Part shown: one piece after another, positions 22,573-31,823 of the stretch
Position numbering within the stretch: position 1 is the first letter of the stretch
Layout of the letters: each line of letters begins with the position of its first letter
Origin: an uncultured Acidobacteriota bacterium
Lineage (GTDB): Bacteria > Acidobacteriota > Vicinamibacteria > Vicinamibacterales > Fen-181
Direction: 5' to 3'
Assembly (NCBI GenBank): GCA_963776495.1
Contig: CAVZMW010000006.1
Location: 265,119-329,118 of the forward strand
Length of the DNA: 64,000 nt
The notes under the pieces: generated by a model
Told to the model about the DNA's origin: nothing
Database searches by the model: none
The model's input: only the letters and a program-made list of their open reading frames with translations
Translations under genes and position numbers: made by a program

Positions 22573-23565
22573 ATGCCGTCCGTCGTTCGTTCTGCCGTCG
22601 TTCACTTGCCGGCCGCGGCCTTCCTGATTCTCTCCACGACGCTATGCCTCCACCCACCGACGGCTGCGGCCCAGGATGGACAAGCGCCTCCAATCGAAGT
22701 GATCGCGCGTGTCGAGCCGAACCTCGATGGCTTCGAGTCATACGCTCGGCTCGAAGACGAGCAGCCACGCCCCGTCACCGTCGAAGTCACGATCGCACCA
22801 GACGGAACTATCTCCAATACGCGTCCTGCCATCCCCGGGCCGCCAAAGCCGCTGGAGCGCGCGATGGACGCGGCGCGCGGCTGGCGATTTGCGCCGGTTC
22901 CGGGAGGTCCGGTCAAGACCTATATCGGGTTCAACATGGTCCGGATGACGTGGTCCGGACCGGCAACAGTGGCCGTTCCTGTCAACGGCATAGAAGCGCC
23001 ACGCAAGATCCACGATTCCGGCGCGGTCTACCCAGAAGGCTTCACGCCACAACCGGGCCGTCAGGGACGGCTGATCGATGTGACCATCGACGCTGCCGGC
23101 CTTGTCGTCGACGCGGTCTCGCCCGATCCGCCCGATGACATGACCAGGAATGCGGTGGAGGCAGCCCTCTACTGGCGCTTCGAGCCCAATCTGCAAGTAC
23201 CCAGGCGCAAGTTGCGCATGTTCATCGATTTCGTCAGCGCAGCCTCCTTCGGCCAACCGCGCTCCAAGTGGATCATTGGCAAGGACCTCACCGGGCCGCT
23301 CGTTCCACCGCGCAGGATTAGCGAAGTGCGCCCAAAATACCCTGCCGAGGCGGTTCGCGACCACGTCGAGGGCACGGTGGTTGTCGAGGCACTGGTTGAC
23401 GAGAAGGGCCACGTGACGGCCGGCCGAATCATCCACTCGGTTCCGCTGCTCGACAATGCAGCGCTCGACGCGGTGAAGCGGTGGAAGTTCGTTCCGGCCA
23501 CCGCCGGCGGCAGAGCGTTCGCGCTAGCCGCAACGGTGACGGTCAACTTCACGCTGGATCGGTAA
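22573..23565 (+). CDS. TonB-family protein with three TonB C-terminal-like domains
   Basis: Three repeats ending A(A)xxW(R/K)FxP; last domain P.YP.EA....VEGTVVVEALVDEKGHV; AGGAG before ATG22573. Confidence 0.8.
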   Translation: MPSVVRSAVVHLPAAAFLILSTTLCLHPPTAAAQDGQAPPIEVIARVEPNLDGFESYARLEDEQPRPVTVEVTIAPDGTISNTRPAIPGPPKPLERAMDAARGWRFAPVPGGPVKTYIGFNMVRMTWSGPATVAVPVNGIEAPRKIHDSGAVYPEGFTPQPGRQGRLIDVTIDAAGLVVDAVSPDPPDDMTRNAVEAALYWRFEPNLQVPRRKLRMFIDFVSAASFGQPRSKWIIGKDLTGPLVPPRRISEVRPKYPAEAVRDHVEGTVVVEALVDEKGHVTAGRIIHSVPLLDNAALDAVKRWKFVPATAGGRAFALAATVTVNFTLDR

Positions 23566-23749
23566 GCTCACGGCCGGGTAGCGCTCGATGCTGGTCGCTT
23601 CGCCCACGCTGCTGTGTGAGAGAGCCGCGGCGGCTGACACCGCCGCGAATCCGGGTCGGCAGCGTCCGAGAAGGCCCATTCTGTCGACGCCGCGACGCTG
23701 GTGAGGACTCGAGGCTCACGCCAGGAGGCTCAAGGCTCATTGACGAGCG

Positions 23750-24526
23750 TCACGCGTGACGGCGGGCGGCGCTTGAGCCATGAGTCCGGCCCTTCGACTC
23801 GGGCGCTTCGCACCCTCGCTCAGGGCACCCCGAGCGAAGTCGATGGGTGAGCCTTGAGCCGTCGTGGCGCGGGCGCCCGAGCAGGAGCCGGTTCTGGGGT
23901 GTGATGTCCGCCGGGATCGCCTGCGTCCACGCCTCGTAGCCGTCACGCTCGAGCCGCACGGCCCGCATGATGTCGATCGCCAGGGCCCGGTTCACCCACC
24001 CGCGCAACGGGCCGGAATCGCACGTGTCGAAGTCGTGGCAGCAGGGGAGCACCGCCACGCGTGCCCGCGCCGCCACGGCTCGGTCGAGGATGACGTCGGT
24101 GAGCGCGCCGCACGCGTGGCTCGACACCACCACATCGTCGGGGAAGATCTCGATTCTCTCCAGCGCGACCTGGGCGAACGAGACGCGGTCTGCCAGCGCC
24201 GGCCACTCGGCCGCCAATGCGTCGTGCAGGCGAGCGTAGGACGCTGGTTCGACCTCGTCCACCGCCAGCGCGCAGGGGGACGTGGCGTCGAGAATCGTCA
24301 TGACGTGCGCCAGCAGCCCGTGCCCGGCCGCGAGATCGACGATGCGCCCGCCGCGAAACAGGCGGCGCGTTCGCCGGCCCACCTCCCACGCCTCGTAGAG
24401 TTCCTTGCGCGGCAGACACTCCGCCCTGCACACCGCGCGGGCGACCCGGTCGAACAGCATCCCCCCGCTGAACCGGCCGAGATCGTGCGCGGTCAGGCGC
24501 GCCTTCGACGCTGGCGAGAATCCCAT
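23750..24526 (-). CDS. Class I SAM-dependent methyltransferase, copy 1 (C-terminus extended through a repeat)
   Basis: IVDLAAGHGLL SAM-binding motif, HACGALTD, LPCC, TPQNRLL. Confidence 0.85.
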   Translation of the reverse strand: MGFSPASKARLTAHDLGRFSGGMLFDRVARAVCRAECLPRKELYEAWEVGRRTRRLFRGGRIVDLAAGHGLLAHVMTILDATSPCALAVDEVEPASYARLHDALAAEWPALADRVSFAQVALERIEIFPDDVVVSSHACGALTDVILDRAVAARARVAVLPCCHDFDTCDSGPLRGWVNRALAIDIMRAVRLERDGYEAWTQAIPADITPQNRLLLGRPRHDGSRLTHRLRSGCPERGCEAPESKGRTHGSSAARRHA

Positions 24527-24725
24527 CGGAGAGACACGCTACCACACTGGTGCCGGCCACGACTGGCGGACGCGGCCGGTGAGGTGACTCATGCCTCGCG
24601 GAGATCCAATGACATCGGCAACCTCGTCTATCGGCTTGCGGCTGACGCCTCACGCCTTACGGCCCATGTGGCGCAGGCTCTGAAGCCCTACGCTATCTGA
24701 TCATTCCCGGACTTCGGCCGCGCCT

Positions 24726-24764
24726 GGCCGGCGCCACCACAGGGCCCAAAGATGGTCTATCGTC
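24726..24764 (+). repeat. About 39-bp direct repeat, copy 1
   Basis: ggccggcgccaccacagggccc-aaagatggtctatcgtc; copy 2 at 26079-26117 (ggccggcgccaccacagggccc-tgatatggtctgtcgtc). Confidence 0.8.
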
Positions 24765-24945
24765 CCATCGTCGTCATCTGGGCGGGTCGCACCTCCCGGT
24801 ATGTCATGAACGCGATCGCCACAACGACCTGTTCAAACGGGCTTCGGAACGTAATGCAAAGCCCTACGAAGAGCGCCAACTCCACGAGGTGCGCCAACGC
24901 TGTGCGTAAGTGGAACTGCATCAATGCCTGCTGAGCGCGTCCCAC
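24757..24945 (-). CDS. Small hydrophobic ORF or gene fragment
   Basis: 62-aa ORF with two hydrophobic stretches in lower-GC DNA; no family recognised. Confidence 0.3.
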   Translation of the reverse strand: MGRAQQALMQFHLRTALAHLVELALFVGLCITFRSPFEQVVVAIAFMTYREVRPAQMTTMGR

Positions 24946-25012
24946 AGTGGGCGCGAGGGTCTAGAAGGCCGCGGGGGGCTGGGGGCGCCGTGACCGAGGG
25001 TCGGGGGCCGTG

Positions 25013-25849
25013 CTACCGCTTGACCAGCTCCACTCGCCGGTTCTTGGCCCGGCCGCCTTCTGCATCGTTGGACGCCACCGGCGCGTAGGGGCCTGCGCCG
25101 AACGCCTTGAGCCGCGCCGCGGCGATGCCGTGCGTCTGGACGAGCGCCTGCACCACCGCGTCGGCGCGATCCTGCGACAACTTCATGTTGGCCTCGAGCA
25201 CGCCGGTGCCGTCGGTGTGCCCGACGACGTACACCTTCAGCGCGGCATCACCCTTCAGCAGCTTCGCCACCTCCGCGATGGCCTGCGCCGACTCGGGCTT
25301 GATCGTGGCCTTCGCGGTGTCGAACAGGATGCCGTACACGGCGGCATGGCCGGTGGCTTTCAAGTCGTTGCCGAAGACCTCGGCGTTGGCCTGGATGTCC
25401 TGCTCCATGGCCTGTTTCTGGACGATGCGGAACCCGTACTTGCCGGTGAAATCGGCCCACAGATCGACCCAGATCTCCTGCCCGTCCTTGACGAGCTTGA
25501 AGGTCTCGCGGCTCGCGGTCTTGAACACCGAGGTGCCCCCGACCTTGGCGACCGCGTTCTCGAAGTTGCGGAGGATCTGCAACGCGCTGGGTTTCTGGGT
25601 GGCCGTCGCCTGCGGATAGTAGTTGATCTGCCAGTAGTGCCCTTCGACGGTTTCGTTCGTCTTGGCGCTGACCGGGAACGCGAAGCTGTCGAACGGCTTC
25701 TCGGAACAGCTGGAAATCCAGGAGTCCGGCATCCGGGTGAACAGCGGGTGGTCCTTGCAGCCCTTGTCGTCCTGCTGCTGGGCGCTGACGCCCGTCGCCG
25801 CTACCAACAGGCACACGCACGCCGCCACGACACGCGCAACGCTTTTCAC
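25013..25849 (-). CDS. OmpA-family peptidoglycan-binding protein with signal peptide
   Basis: GTG after GGAGGAG; D..GCKDHPLFTRMP N-domain; FDTAKATIK, VGHTD, NMKLSQDRA, RAKNRRVE. Confidence 0.92.
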   Translation of the reverse strand: MKSVARVVAACVCLLVAATGVSAQQQDDKGCKDHPLFTRMPDSWISSCSEKPFDSFAFPVSAKTNETVEGHYWQINYYPQATATQKPSALQILRNFENAVAKVGGTSVFKTASRETFKLVKDGQEIWVDLWADFTGKYGFRIVQKQAMEQDIQANAEVFGNDLKATGHAAVYGILFDTAKATIKPESAQAIAEVAKLLKGDAALKVYVVGHTDGTGVLEANMKLSQDRADAVVQALVQTHGIAAARLKAFGAGPYAPVASNDAEGGRAKNRRVELVKR

Positions 25850-26117
25850 AGTAAGTCTCCTCCATCCGCCAGGCCCGTAGATCTCGCCGACGGTGCGTTC
25901 GGGATTATACATGCGTCGAAGGACGACGACCCCCTCGCGCGCAAGTGCGAGGTGCGGCATGCCAATCGGGCGGCTGCACCGCGGCTGCCTCGGGGCTGTC
26001 TCTGAGGAGTCGGGGGGCGGAGGCGGGGTCCGACGCCCCTTCTGTCGACTCCGCGACGCTGGTCAGGACTCACCGGCAGGCCGGCGCCACCACAGGGCCC
26101 TGATATGGTCTGTCGTC

Positions 26118-26195
26118 TGGTTCTCGATTCGCATCGACGAGCCATGGCGGCTCGTGTATCGCTGGAGGCGCGCCCACGCATTCGACGTGGACATC
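26118..26195 (+). pseudogene. higB toxin remnant
   Basis: WFSIRIDEPWRLVYRWRRAHAFDVDI aligns with WFSIRINEQWRLVFRWRDDHAFDVAI of higB (17970-18047); DNA similarity is visible by eye. Confidence 0.85.
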
Positions 26196-26230
26196 TGGAG
26201 CCGAGGGCCGTCCTATGTATCGCGGCGGCA

Positions 26231-26896
26231 CTATCGACGCGGCCGCCCGAGCAGGAGCCGGTTCTGGGGTGTGATGTCCGCCGGGATCGCCTGCGTCCAC
26301 GCCTCGTAGCCGTCACGCTCGAGCCGCACGGCCCGCATGATGTCGATCGCCAGGGCCCGGTTCACCCACCCGCGCAACGGGCCGGAATCGCACGTGTCGA
26401 AGTCGTGGCAGCAGGGGAGCACCGCCACGCGTGCCCGCGCCGCCACGGCTCGGTCGAGGATGACGTCGGTGAGCGCGCCGCACGCGTGGCTCGACACCAC
26501 CACATCGTCGGGGAAGATCTCGATTCTCTCCAGCGCGACCTGGGCGAACGAGACGCGGTCTGCCAGCGCCGGCCACTCGGCCGCCAATGCGTCGTGCAGG
26601 CGAGCGTAGGACGCTGGTTCGACCTCGTCCACCGCCAGCGCGCAGGGGGACGTGGCGTCGAGAATCGTCATGACGTGCGCCAGCAGCCCGTGCCCGGCCG
26701 CGAGATCGACGATGCGCCCGCCGCGAAACAGGCGGCGCGTTCGCCGGCCCACCTCCCACGCCTCGTAGAGTTCCTTGCGCGGCAGACACTCCGCCCTGCA
26801 CACCGCGCGGGCGACCCGGTCGAACAGCATCCCCCCGCTGAACCGGCCGAGATCGTGCGCGGTCAGGCGCGCCTTCGACGCTGGCGAGAATCCCAT
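26231..26896 (-). CDS. Class I SAM-dependent methyltransferase, copy 2
   Basis: 26244-26896 appears identical to 23874-24526 (offset 2370); ends LLGRPRR*. Confidence 0.87.
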   Translation of the reverse strand: MGFSPASKARLTAHDLGRFSGGMLFDRVARAVCRAECLPRKELYEAWEVGRRTRRLFRGGRIVDLAAGHGLLAHVMTILDATSPCALAVDEVEPASYARLHDALAAEWPALADRVSFAQVALERIEIFPDDVVVSSHACGALTDVILDRAVAARARVAVLPCCHDFDTCDSGPLRGWVNRALAIDIMRAVRLERDGYEAWTQAIPADITPQNRLLLGRPRR

Positions 26897-26948
26897 TGAG
26901 CTGACACGGTACCACAGGGGGGCTGAAGGCTGAAGGCGGAGGGCCGCC

Positions 26949-27389
26949 TCACACCGGCAGGCCGAGTTCGCGTGCGGCCTGTTGCTGGGCCGAGTCCGCG
27001 GTGAGGAAGCGGTCGATCGGGTCGATCGCATGAAACCAGAGCGCCGTCCGCAAGTGCGCCAGGTCGAGGGAGCGCGGCGTGGCGACGGGCGGCATCGGGT
27101 TCGAGGCGCACAGGTCGAACGTGAGGTCGCGCAGGACGAACAGGTCCGCGTCCGCCTCGACGCGGTCCGCGCACGCCTTGTACTCCGCCGCCGTCAGCGT
27201 GCCCTCCCGGGCCAGCCGGATCAGGTTGCGCCTCGCCTCCAGCACGAGGAGCACGCTCGACAGCAGTTCCGCGCCCGAGGTCTCCCCCGACACGCGCCGG
27301 GCACCGTCCTCGCCGAGCAGGACGCACAGGTAGGCGGACGTGTCCACGTAGAGACGACGGCGACGGGAGGGCGCGCGGGCCGGCTTCAC
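26949..27389 (-). CDS. PIN-domain (VapC-like) toxin
   Basis: LYVDTSA...GE...S.L..LEA..N...RSLDLAHL...FLTAD..Q..AA..LGL; GTGA overlap with the antitoxin stop. Confidence 0.9.
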   Translation of the reverse strand: MKPARAPSRRRRLYVDTSAYLCVLLGEDGARRVSGETSGAELLSSVLLVLEARRNLIRLAREGTLTAAEYKACADRVEADADLFVLRDLTFDLCASNPMPPVATPRSLDLAHLRTALWFHAIDPIDRFLTADSAQQQAARELGLPV

Positions 27390-27634
27390 CGCGCTCCCCG
27401 GTCTTCGAGCAGCGCAACAAGAGATCGGCCGGCGGTTCCGCGCGACAGAGCCGGCTCCAGGCGCGCCGTGCCGACCCGGGCGCCCCGGCGCACGAACGGT
27501 ACCCGGGCAGGACTCAACTGGGCAACCGGTTCGTTGTGGCGGGTGACCAGGATGGTGTCGCCCGACTCGGCCTCGGCCACGGCCCCGGAGAGCCGAGCCT
27601 TGAGGTCCTGAATGGACATCCGTTTCATGGCCAT
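27386..27634 (-). CDS. Phd/YefM-family antitoxin
   Basis: MKRMSIQDLKARLS..V..AESGDTILVTRHNEPVAQLSP. Confidence 0.92.
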   Translation of the reverse strand: MAMKRMSIQDLKARLSGAVAEAESGDTILVTRHNEPVAQLSPARVPFVRRGARVGTARLEPALSRGTAGRSLVALLEDRGAR

Positions 27635-27635
27635 A

Positions 27636-27670
27636 TTTTAACATAATAGGGACATTGAAATGGACCTAAT
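27636..27670 (-). promoter_or_regulatory. Putative TA promoter/operator
   Basis: AT-rich patch; TAAAAT on the minus strand just before the ATG; imperfect inverted repeat TAGGGACAT/ATGGACCTA. Confidence 0.5.
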
Positions 27671-27897
27671 GGAGGCCACAACATCGCGGGCGGCGGGTCC
27701 GGCAACGCCCCTCCGTCAACGTCGCGGCGGGCAAGCCCCGGGCCTCTCTTCCTTGAGCCTCGATCCCCGCCTTCGCCCTTCCGCCTCCGCCGCGACGCAG
27801 CTATGGCGGACAAGCCGGGCTATGGCGGGCAAGCCTGAGCCCGACGGTTCGGCCATACCGGACAAAATGAGTCGTCTATAGACTAGAATCAAGGAGG

Positions 27898-29409
27898 ATG
27901 CTCAGTCCCCACTCCGTCAAGACGCTCGGTGACCTGCGCAGAGCCGTTGGCAAGAATCCCCAGGCCGCGGTGCGGGTCAAGGACGAGATCCGGCGCAACC
28001 TGATCGACCACCTGCGATCTGGTGCCCGGCTCTTCCCGGGGATCATCGGGTATGACGACACGGTCATCCCCCAGCTGACCAACGCCATCCTGTCGCGGCA
28101 CAACTTCATCCTGCTCGGCTTGCGCGGGCAGGCGAAGAGCCGCATTCTGCGAGCGCTGACCGACCTGCTCGACGAGCAGATCCCGGTGGTCCCGGGCTGT
28201 GAGATCAACGACAACCCGCTGGACCCCATCTGCGCCGGTTGCCGCGCCCGCATCGCCGCCGAAGGCGACGCCCTTCCCGTCGCCTGGCTGCCGCGTTCGG
28301 CGCGCTACGTCGAGAAGCTCGCCACCCCGGACGTGACCATCGCGGACATCGTGGGCGACATCGACCCGATCAAGGCCGCCAAGGGCGGCCTGAACCTGTC
28401 GAACGAGCTGACGATGCACTACGGGCTGCTGCCGAGGGCGAACCGCGGCATCTTCGCCATCAACGAACTGCCGGACCTGGCGGGCAAGATCCAGGTGGGC
28501 CTGTTCAACATCCTCCAGGAGGGGGACGTGCAGATCAAAGGCTACCCGGTTCGCCTGCCGCTCGACTTGATGATGGTCTTCACCGCGAACCCCGAGGACT
28601 ACACGGCCCGCGGCAAGATCATCACGCCGCTCCGGGACCGCATCGGCTCGGAGATCCGGACGCACTACCCGCACACGCGGCAGCACGGCATGTCGATTAC
28701 GGCCCAGGAGGCCTGGACCACGCGTGCCGACGCCGGGTGCGGCGTCGAGGTGCCCGGCTACGTGCGCGAGATCGTCGAGGAAGTGGCGTTCCAGGCCCGA
28801 GAGGACAAGAAGGTGGACAAGCGGTCGGGGGTGAGTCAGCGGTTGCCAATCACCTGCCTCGAGAACGTCGTGTCGAACGCCGAGCGGCGCGCCCTGCTCA
28901 ATCACGAAGCGCTGGCCGTGCCCAGGGTCACGGACATCTACGGCGCGCTGCCGTCGATTACCGGCAAGTTCGAACTCGAGTACGAGGGCGAGCTCCGCGG
29001 AGCCGAAACCGTGGCGCGCGCGATCATCCGATCGGCTGTCGCCAACGTGTTCGAGGGACTCTTCGATCGGATCGACACCAGCGAGATCGTCGAGTGGTTC
29101 GACCAGGGCGGCACGCTGCTCATGAGCGACAACACGGCGGCCTCCGAAGTCGTGGCGCTCGGCTGCGCCGTTCCCGGGCTCGTCGCCGTCGTCGAACAGG
29201 TCGGCGTGCGGCGCGACGCGCCGCAACCGGTTGTCGCCTCAGTCGTAGACTTCGTGCTCGAGGGCCTGTACTCGCTGAAGAAGATCAGCCGCAGCGACGA
29301 CCGCGGCTACCAGGCTGCCGACAACGCACCAAGACGCCCCTCGAGCCAGGTGGAACCGATGTTCGATCAGGACGTGCCGGTGCCAGGCAAGAAGAAGTAC
29401 TACAACTGA
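27898..29409 (+). CDS. ChlI/Mg-chelatase-like AAA+ ATPase (Rv0958-like)
   Basis: GLRGQAKS Walker A variant, EKLATPD, GDIDPIKAA, PRANRGIFAINELPDL, TANPEDYT.RG.IITPL.DR. Confidence 0.88.
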   Translation: MLSPHSVKTLGDLRRAVGKNPQAAVRVKDEIRRNLIDHLRSGARLFPGIIGYDDTVIPQLTNAILSRHNFILLGLRGQAKSRILRALTDLLDEQIPVVPGCEINDNPLDPICAGCRARIAAEGDALPVAWLPRSARYVEKLATPDVTIADIVGDIDPIKAAKGGLNLSNELTMHYGLLPRANRGIFAINELPDLAGKIQVGLFNILQEGDVQIKGYPVRLPLDLMMVFTANPEDYTARGKIITPLRDRIGSEIRTHYPHTRQHGMSITAQEAWTTRADAGCGVEVPGYVREIVEEVAFQAREDKKVDKRSGVSQRLPITCLENVVSNAERRALLNHEALAVPRVTDIYGALPSITGKFELEYEGELRGAETVARAIIRSAVANVFEGLFDRIDTSEIVEWFDQGGTLLMSDNTAASEVVALGCAVPGLVAVVEQVGVRRDAPQPVVASVVDFVLEGLYSLKKISRSDDRGYQAADNAPRRPSSQVEPMFDQDVPVPGKKKYYN

Positions 29410-30722
29410 TGCGCTACCAGTACTCCAAGTTCACCGGCGAGATCGCCGACGAGATGGACCTCGAGGACCTGGTGTCGCAGCTGTCCGACCTGCTGCTCTT
29501 CAGCGGCTTCGGCGGTCCGTCCGCGCTCGACCACGGCGACGACTCCCTCGAGGCGCTGCACGACGCCATCCTGGAAGCGCTGCTCAACGGCGAGCTGCTG
29601 TCGGAGGAGATCCTCGACCGCCTGCTCGGCGAGGTTGAGAACGGGCAGCACGAAGACCGGCTCGAACGGTTGATCGAACAGCTGATCGATCGGTTGCAGC
29701 GCGAGGGTTACGTCACGGCGAGTCCGGATCTCGAGAAAGAGCGCCGCCAGCGGCAACAGCGCAGCTCGTCCGGTGGTGGCATCGGACCCGACGCGCGGCC
29801 GGTCACCTTCGAGGTCACCGACAAGGCGCTCGACTTCCTGGGCTATCGCGCGCTGCGCGACCTGCTCGGCTCGCTCGGCAAGAGCAGCTTCGGCAGGCAC
29901 GACACGCGCGACCTCTCGACGGGCATCGAAGCCCTCAGCGCCCCGAAGCCGTACGAGTTCGGCGACACGCTGAACCTCGATCCGAGCGCCACGATCCTGA
30001 ACGCGGTCGTGCGAGAACGCCTGGCCGCGGCGGAGGCTGTCTCGGCCCCGGCGCGGGCGGCTGCCTCGGATCCAGGCAGCCCGTTCTCGATCGACGTCGA
30101 TTATCGGGACCTGATGGTGGCGCAGGGCGAGTACCAGAGCTCGTGCGCCACGGTGCTCATGCTCGACTGCAGCCACAGCATGATCCTCTACGGTGAGGAC
30201 CGGTTCACGCCGGCCAAGCGCGTGGCGCTGGCGCTCGCCAACCTCATTCGCCTGCAATACCCCGGCGATGGCCTGCACGTGGTCCTGTTCCACGATTCGG
30301 CCGAGGAGATTCACATCAAGGAACTGGCGCGCGTGCGCGTCGGGCCGTACTACACGAACACCCGCGAGGGTCTGCGGCTGGCGCGGCGCCTCCTCGACCG
30401 CCAGCGCAAGGACATGCGGCAGATCATCATGATCACCGACGGCAAGCCGTCGGCGCTGACGCGTCCCGACGGCCGCATCTACAGGAACGCGTTCGGCCTC
30501 GACCCACTCATCGTCAGCGAAACGCTGGCCGAGGCGGCCGCGTGCCGCAGGAGCGGCATCATGGTGAACACGTTCATGCTGGCGAGGGACGCCGACCTGG
30601 TGAGCTTCGTCCGAAAGGTGGCGGAGATCTGTCACGGCAAGGCGTACTTCACGACGCCCCACACCCTGGGCCGGTACGTCCTGATGGACTATCTATCCAG
30701 GAAGACGAGGACGGTACATTGA
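29409..30722 (+). CDS. VWA-domain protein (Rv0959-like), partner of the ATPase
   Basis: TGATG coupling; [36 protein letters not shown]. Confidence 0.88.
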   Translation: MRYQYSKFTGEIADEMDLEDLVSQLSDLLLFSGFGGPSALDHGDDSLEALHDAILEALLNGELLSEEILDRLLGEVENGQHEDRLERLIEQLIDRLQREGYVTASPDLEKERRQRQQRSSSGGGIGPDARPVTFEVTDKALDFLGYRALRDLLGSLGKSSFGRHDTRDLSTGIEALSAPKPYEFGDTLNLDPSATILNAVVRERLAAAEAVSAPARAAASDPGSPFSIDVDYRDLMVAQGEYQSSCATVLMLDCSHSMILYGEDRFTPAKRVALALANLIRLQYPGDGLHVVLFHDSAEEIHIKELARVRVGPYYTNTREGLRLARRLLDRQRKDMRQIIMITDGKPSALTRPDGRIYRNAFGLDPLIVSETLAEAAACRRSGIMVNTFMLARDADLVSFVRKVAEICHGKAYFTTPHTLGRYVLMDYLSRKTRTVH

Positions 30723-30866
30723 ACTCGGCGCTACGTACGCCTTGCGCCTTACGCCCTACGCCGCACGGCCGAACGCCTGACGCCTGACGCCTGACGCCTT
30801 GCGCCGAGCCGTGAGCCCCGGAGCCTCTTGGCTCGAGCCGCGGGCTTCAGGCTACGGGCTCCCGAT

Positions 30867-30953
30867 GTAGGGCGACCCTTCAGGGTTGCCTCGGGCAAGG
30901 CTGAAGCCTCGCCCTACCGAGGTTGCTGTAGGGCGACCCTTTAGGGTTGCCGA
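30867..30953. repeat. Cluster of three GTAG-type REP-like palindromes
   Basis: gtagggcgacccttcagggttgcc (30867), inverted ggcaaggctgaagcctcgccctac (30894-30917), gctgtagggcgaccctttagggttgccga (30925-30953). Confidence 0.85.
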
Positions 30954-30970
30954 GGCGGGGCCGCGGGTGT

Positions 30971-31339
30971 TCACCTGGCTTTCGCGTACCAGATCCCGAG
31001 ATCGAGGTCGATCACCAGCCTGACTTCGCTTCCCGAGATCTCAACGGGATAGCCCGCGTGGTCTAGCAGGACCTCTGGCTCGCGAGCGCCTTCGGACGTG
31101 ATTGTCCACACGCCGACAACCTCTGACCTGGGCTTGGTTGGTCCTCCCTGCACGAGGTGGTGCCTCCCATCAGTTCTCAGAGTCAGGCGCTCCCACTCGT
31201 GATCGGTTTGTTTGCCCTCAGGATCTTGGGACTTGTAGAAGTAGCTCCCGACAAGCAGCTCTTTGGATACCGGCGGTTGCGCCGACCGGCAGTTGGCCAG
31301 CGCAGCCACGCAACCAATGCAGGCGAGGATTCGCTTCAT
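30971..31339 (-). CDS. Hypothetical exported protein, possibly a lipoprotein
   Basis: MKRILACIGCVAALANC...; lower-GC codon usage; enclosed by inverted REPs. Confidence 0.65.
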   Translation of the reverse strand: MKRILACIGCVAALANCRSAQPPVSKELLVGSYFYKSQDPEGKQTDHEWERLTLRTDGRHHLVQGGPTKPRSEVVGVWTITSEGAREPEVLLDHAGYPVEISGSEVRLVIDLDLGIWYAKAR

Positions 31340-31408
31340 CCAAGACTCCGCGTCAGGAGGACCGTCGCGGTCAGCATCGTCAGCATAAAGGGCGTGCCAT
31401 GAAGCGCG

Positions 31409-31437
31409 TCGGCAACCCTGAAGGGTCGCCCTACAGC
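31409..31437. repeat. GTAG-type REP, inverted partner of 30925-30953
   Basis: tcggcaaccctgaagggtcgccctacagc matches the reverse complement of the left copy at 28 of 29 positions. Confidence 0.85.
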
Positions 31438-31482
31438 TGAGGCCCGAAGCCTTGAGCCCTGAGGCTTGAGCCCTGAGCCTTC

Positions 31483-31689
31483 TTACGTGCTGCGCCGGCG
31501 CGCCGTGTACCAGGCCGACGCGAGCATGAGAAGGCCAAAGCCGAGGAGCACGAGCCCCCACCACAGGTTGACGTTGATGCCGAGCGACGCCTGGTAAATC
31601 GCCGGGTCGCTCACCAGGCCGTAGACGGCCAGCAGCGCGCCCAGCGCGGCGAACAGCAGGCCGATTGGCACGCGCAAATCCAAGGACAT
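31483..31689 (-). CDS. Small two-TM membrane protein associated with the SSS transporter
   Basis: MSLDLRVPIGLLF...YGL...SLGINVNLWWGLVLLGFG; downstream of the SSS gene. Confidence 0.8.
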   Translation of the reverse strand: MSLDLRVPIGLLFAALGALLAVYGLVSDPAIYQASLGINVNLWWGLVLLGFGLLMLASAWYTARRRST

Positions 31690-31823
31690 ACCCACCTCGC
31701 GAGATCGGACCCAGTCTGTCAACGCAGGGCTGAAGCCCTGCGCTATCTGATCATTCTCGAACTCCGGCGGCGTCGTGCGACCTGCGTGACACCGCCGCCA
31801 GCCGCCAGTCGCCAGCCGCCCGC

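Noticed and set aside
24580-24660. Possible restriction-modification gene tail (NDIGNLVYRL)
   Set aside because: The resemblance is too short to support a call.
17700-27700. Integron cassette array or prophage
   Set aside because: No integrase, no recognisable attC sites, mixed gene orientation and no phage genes.
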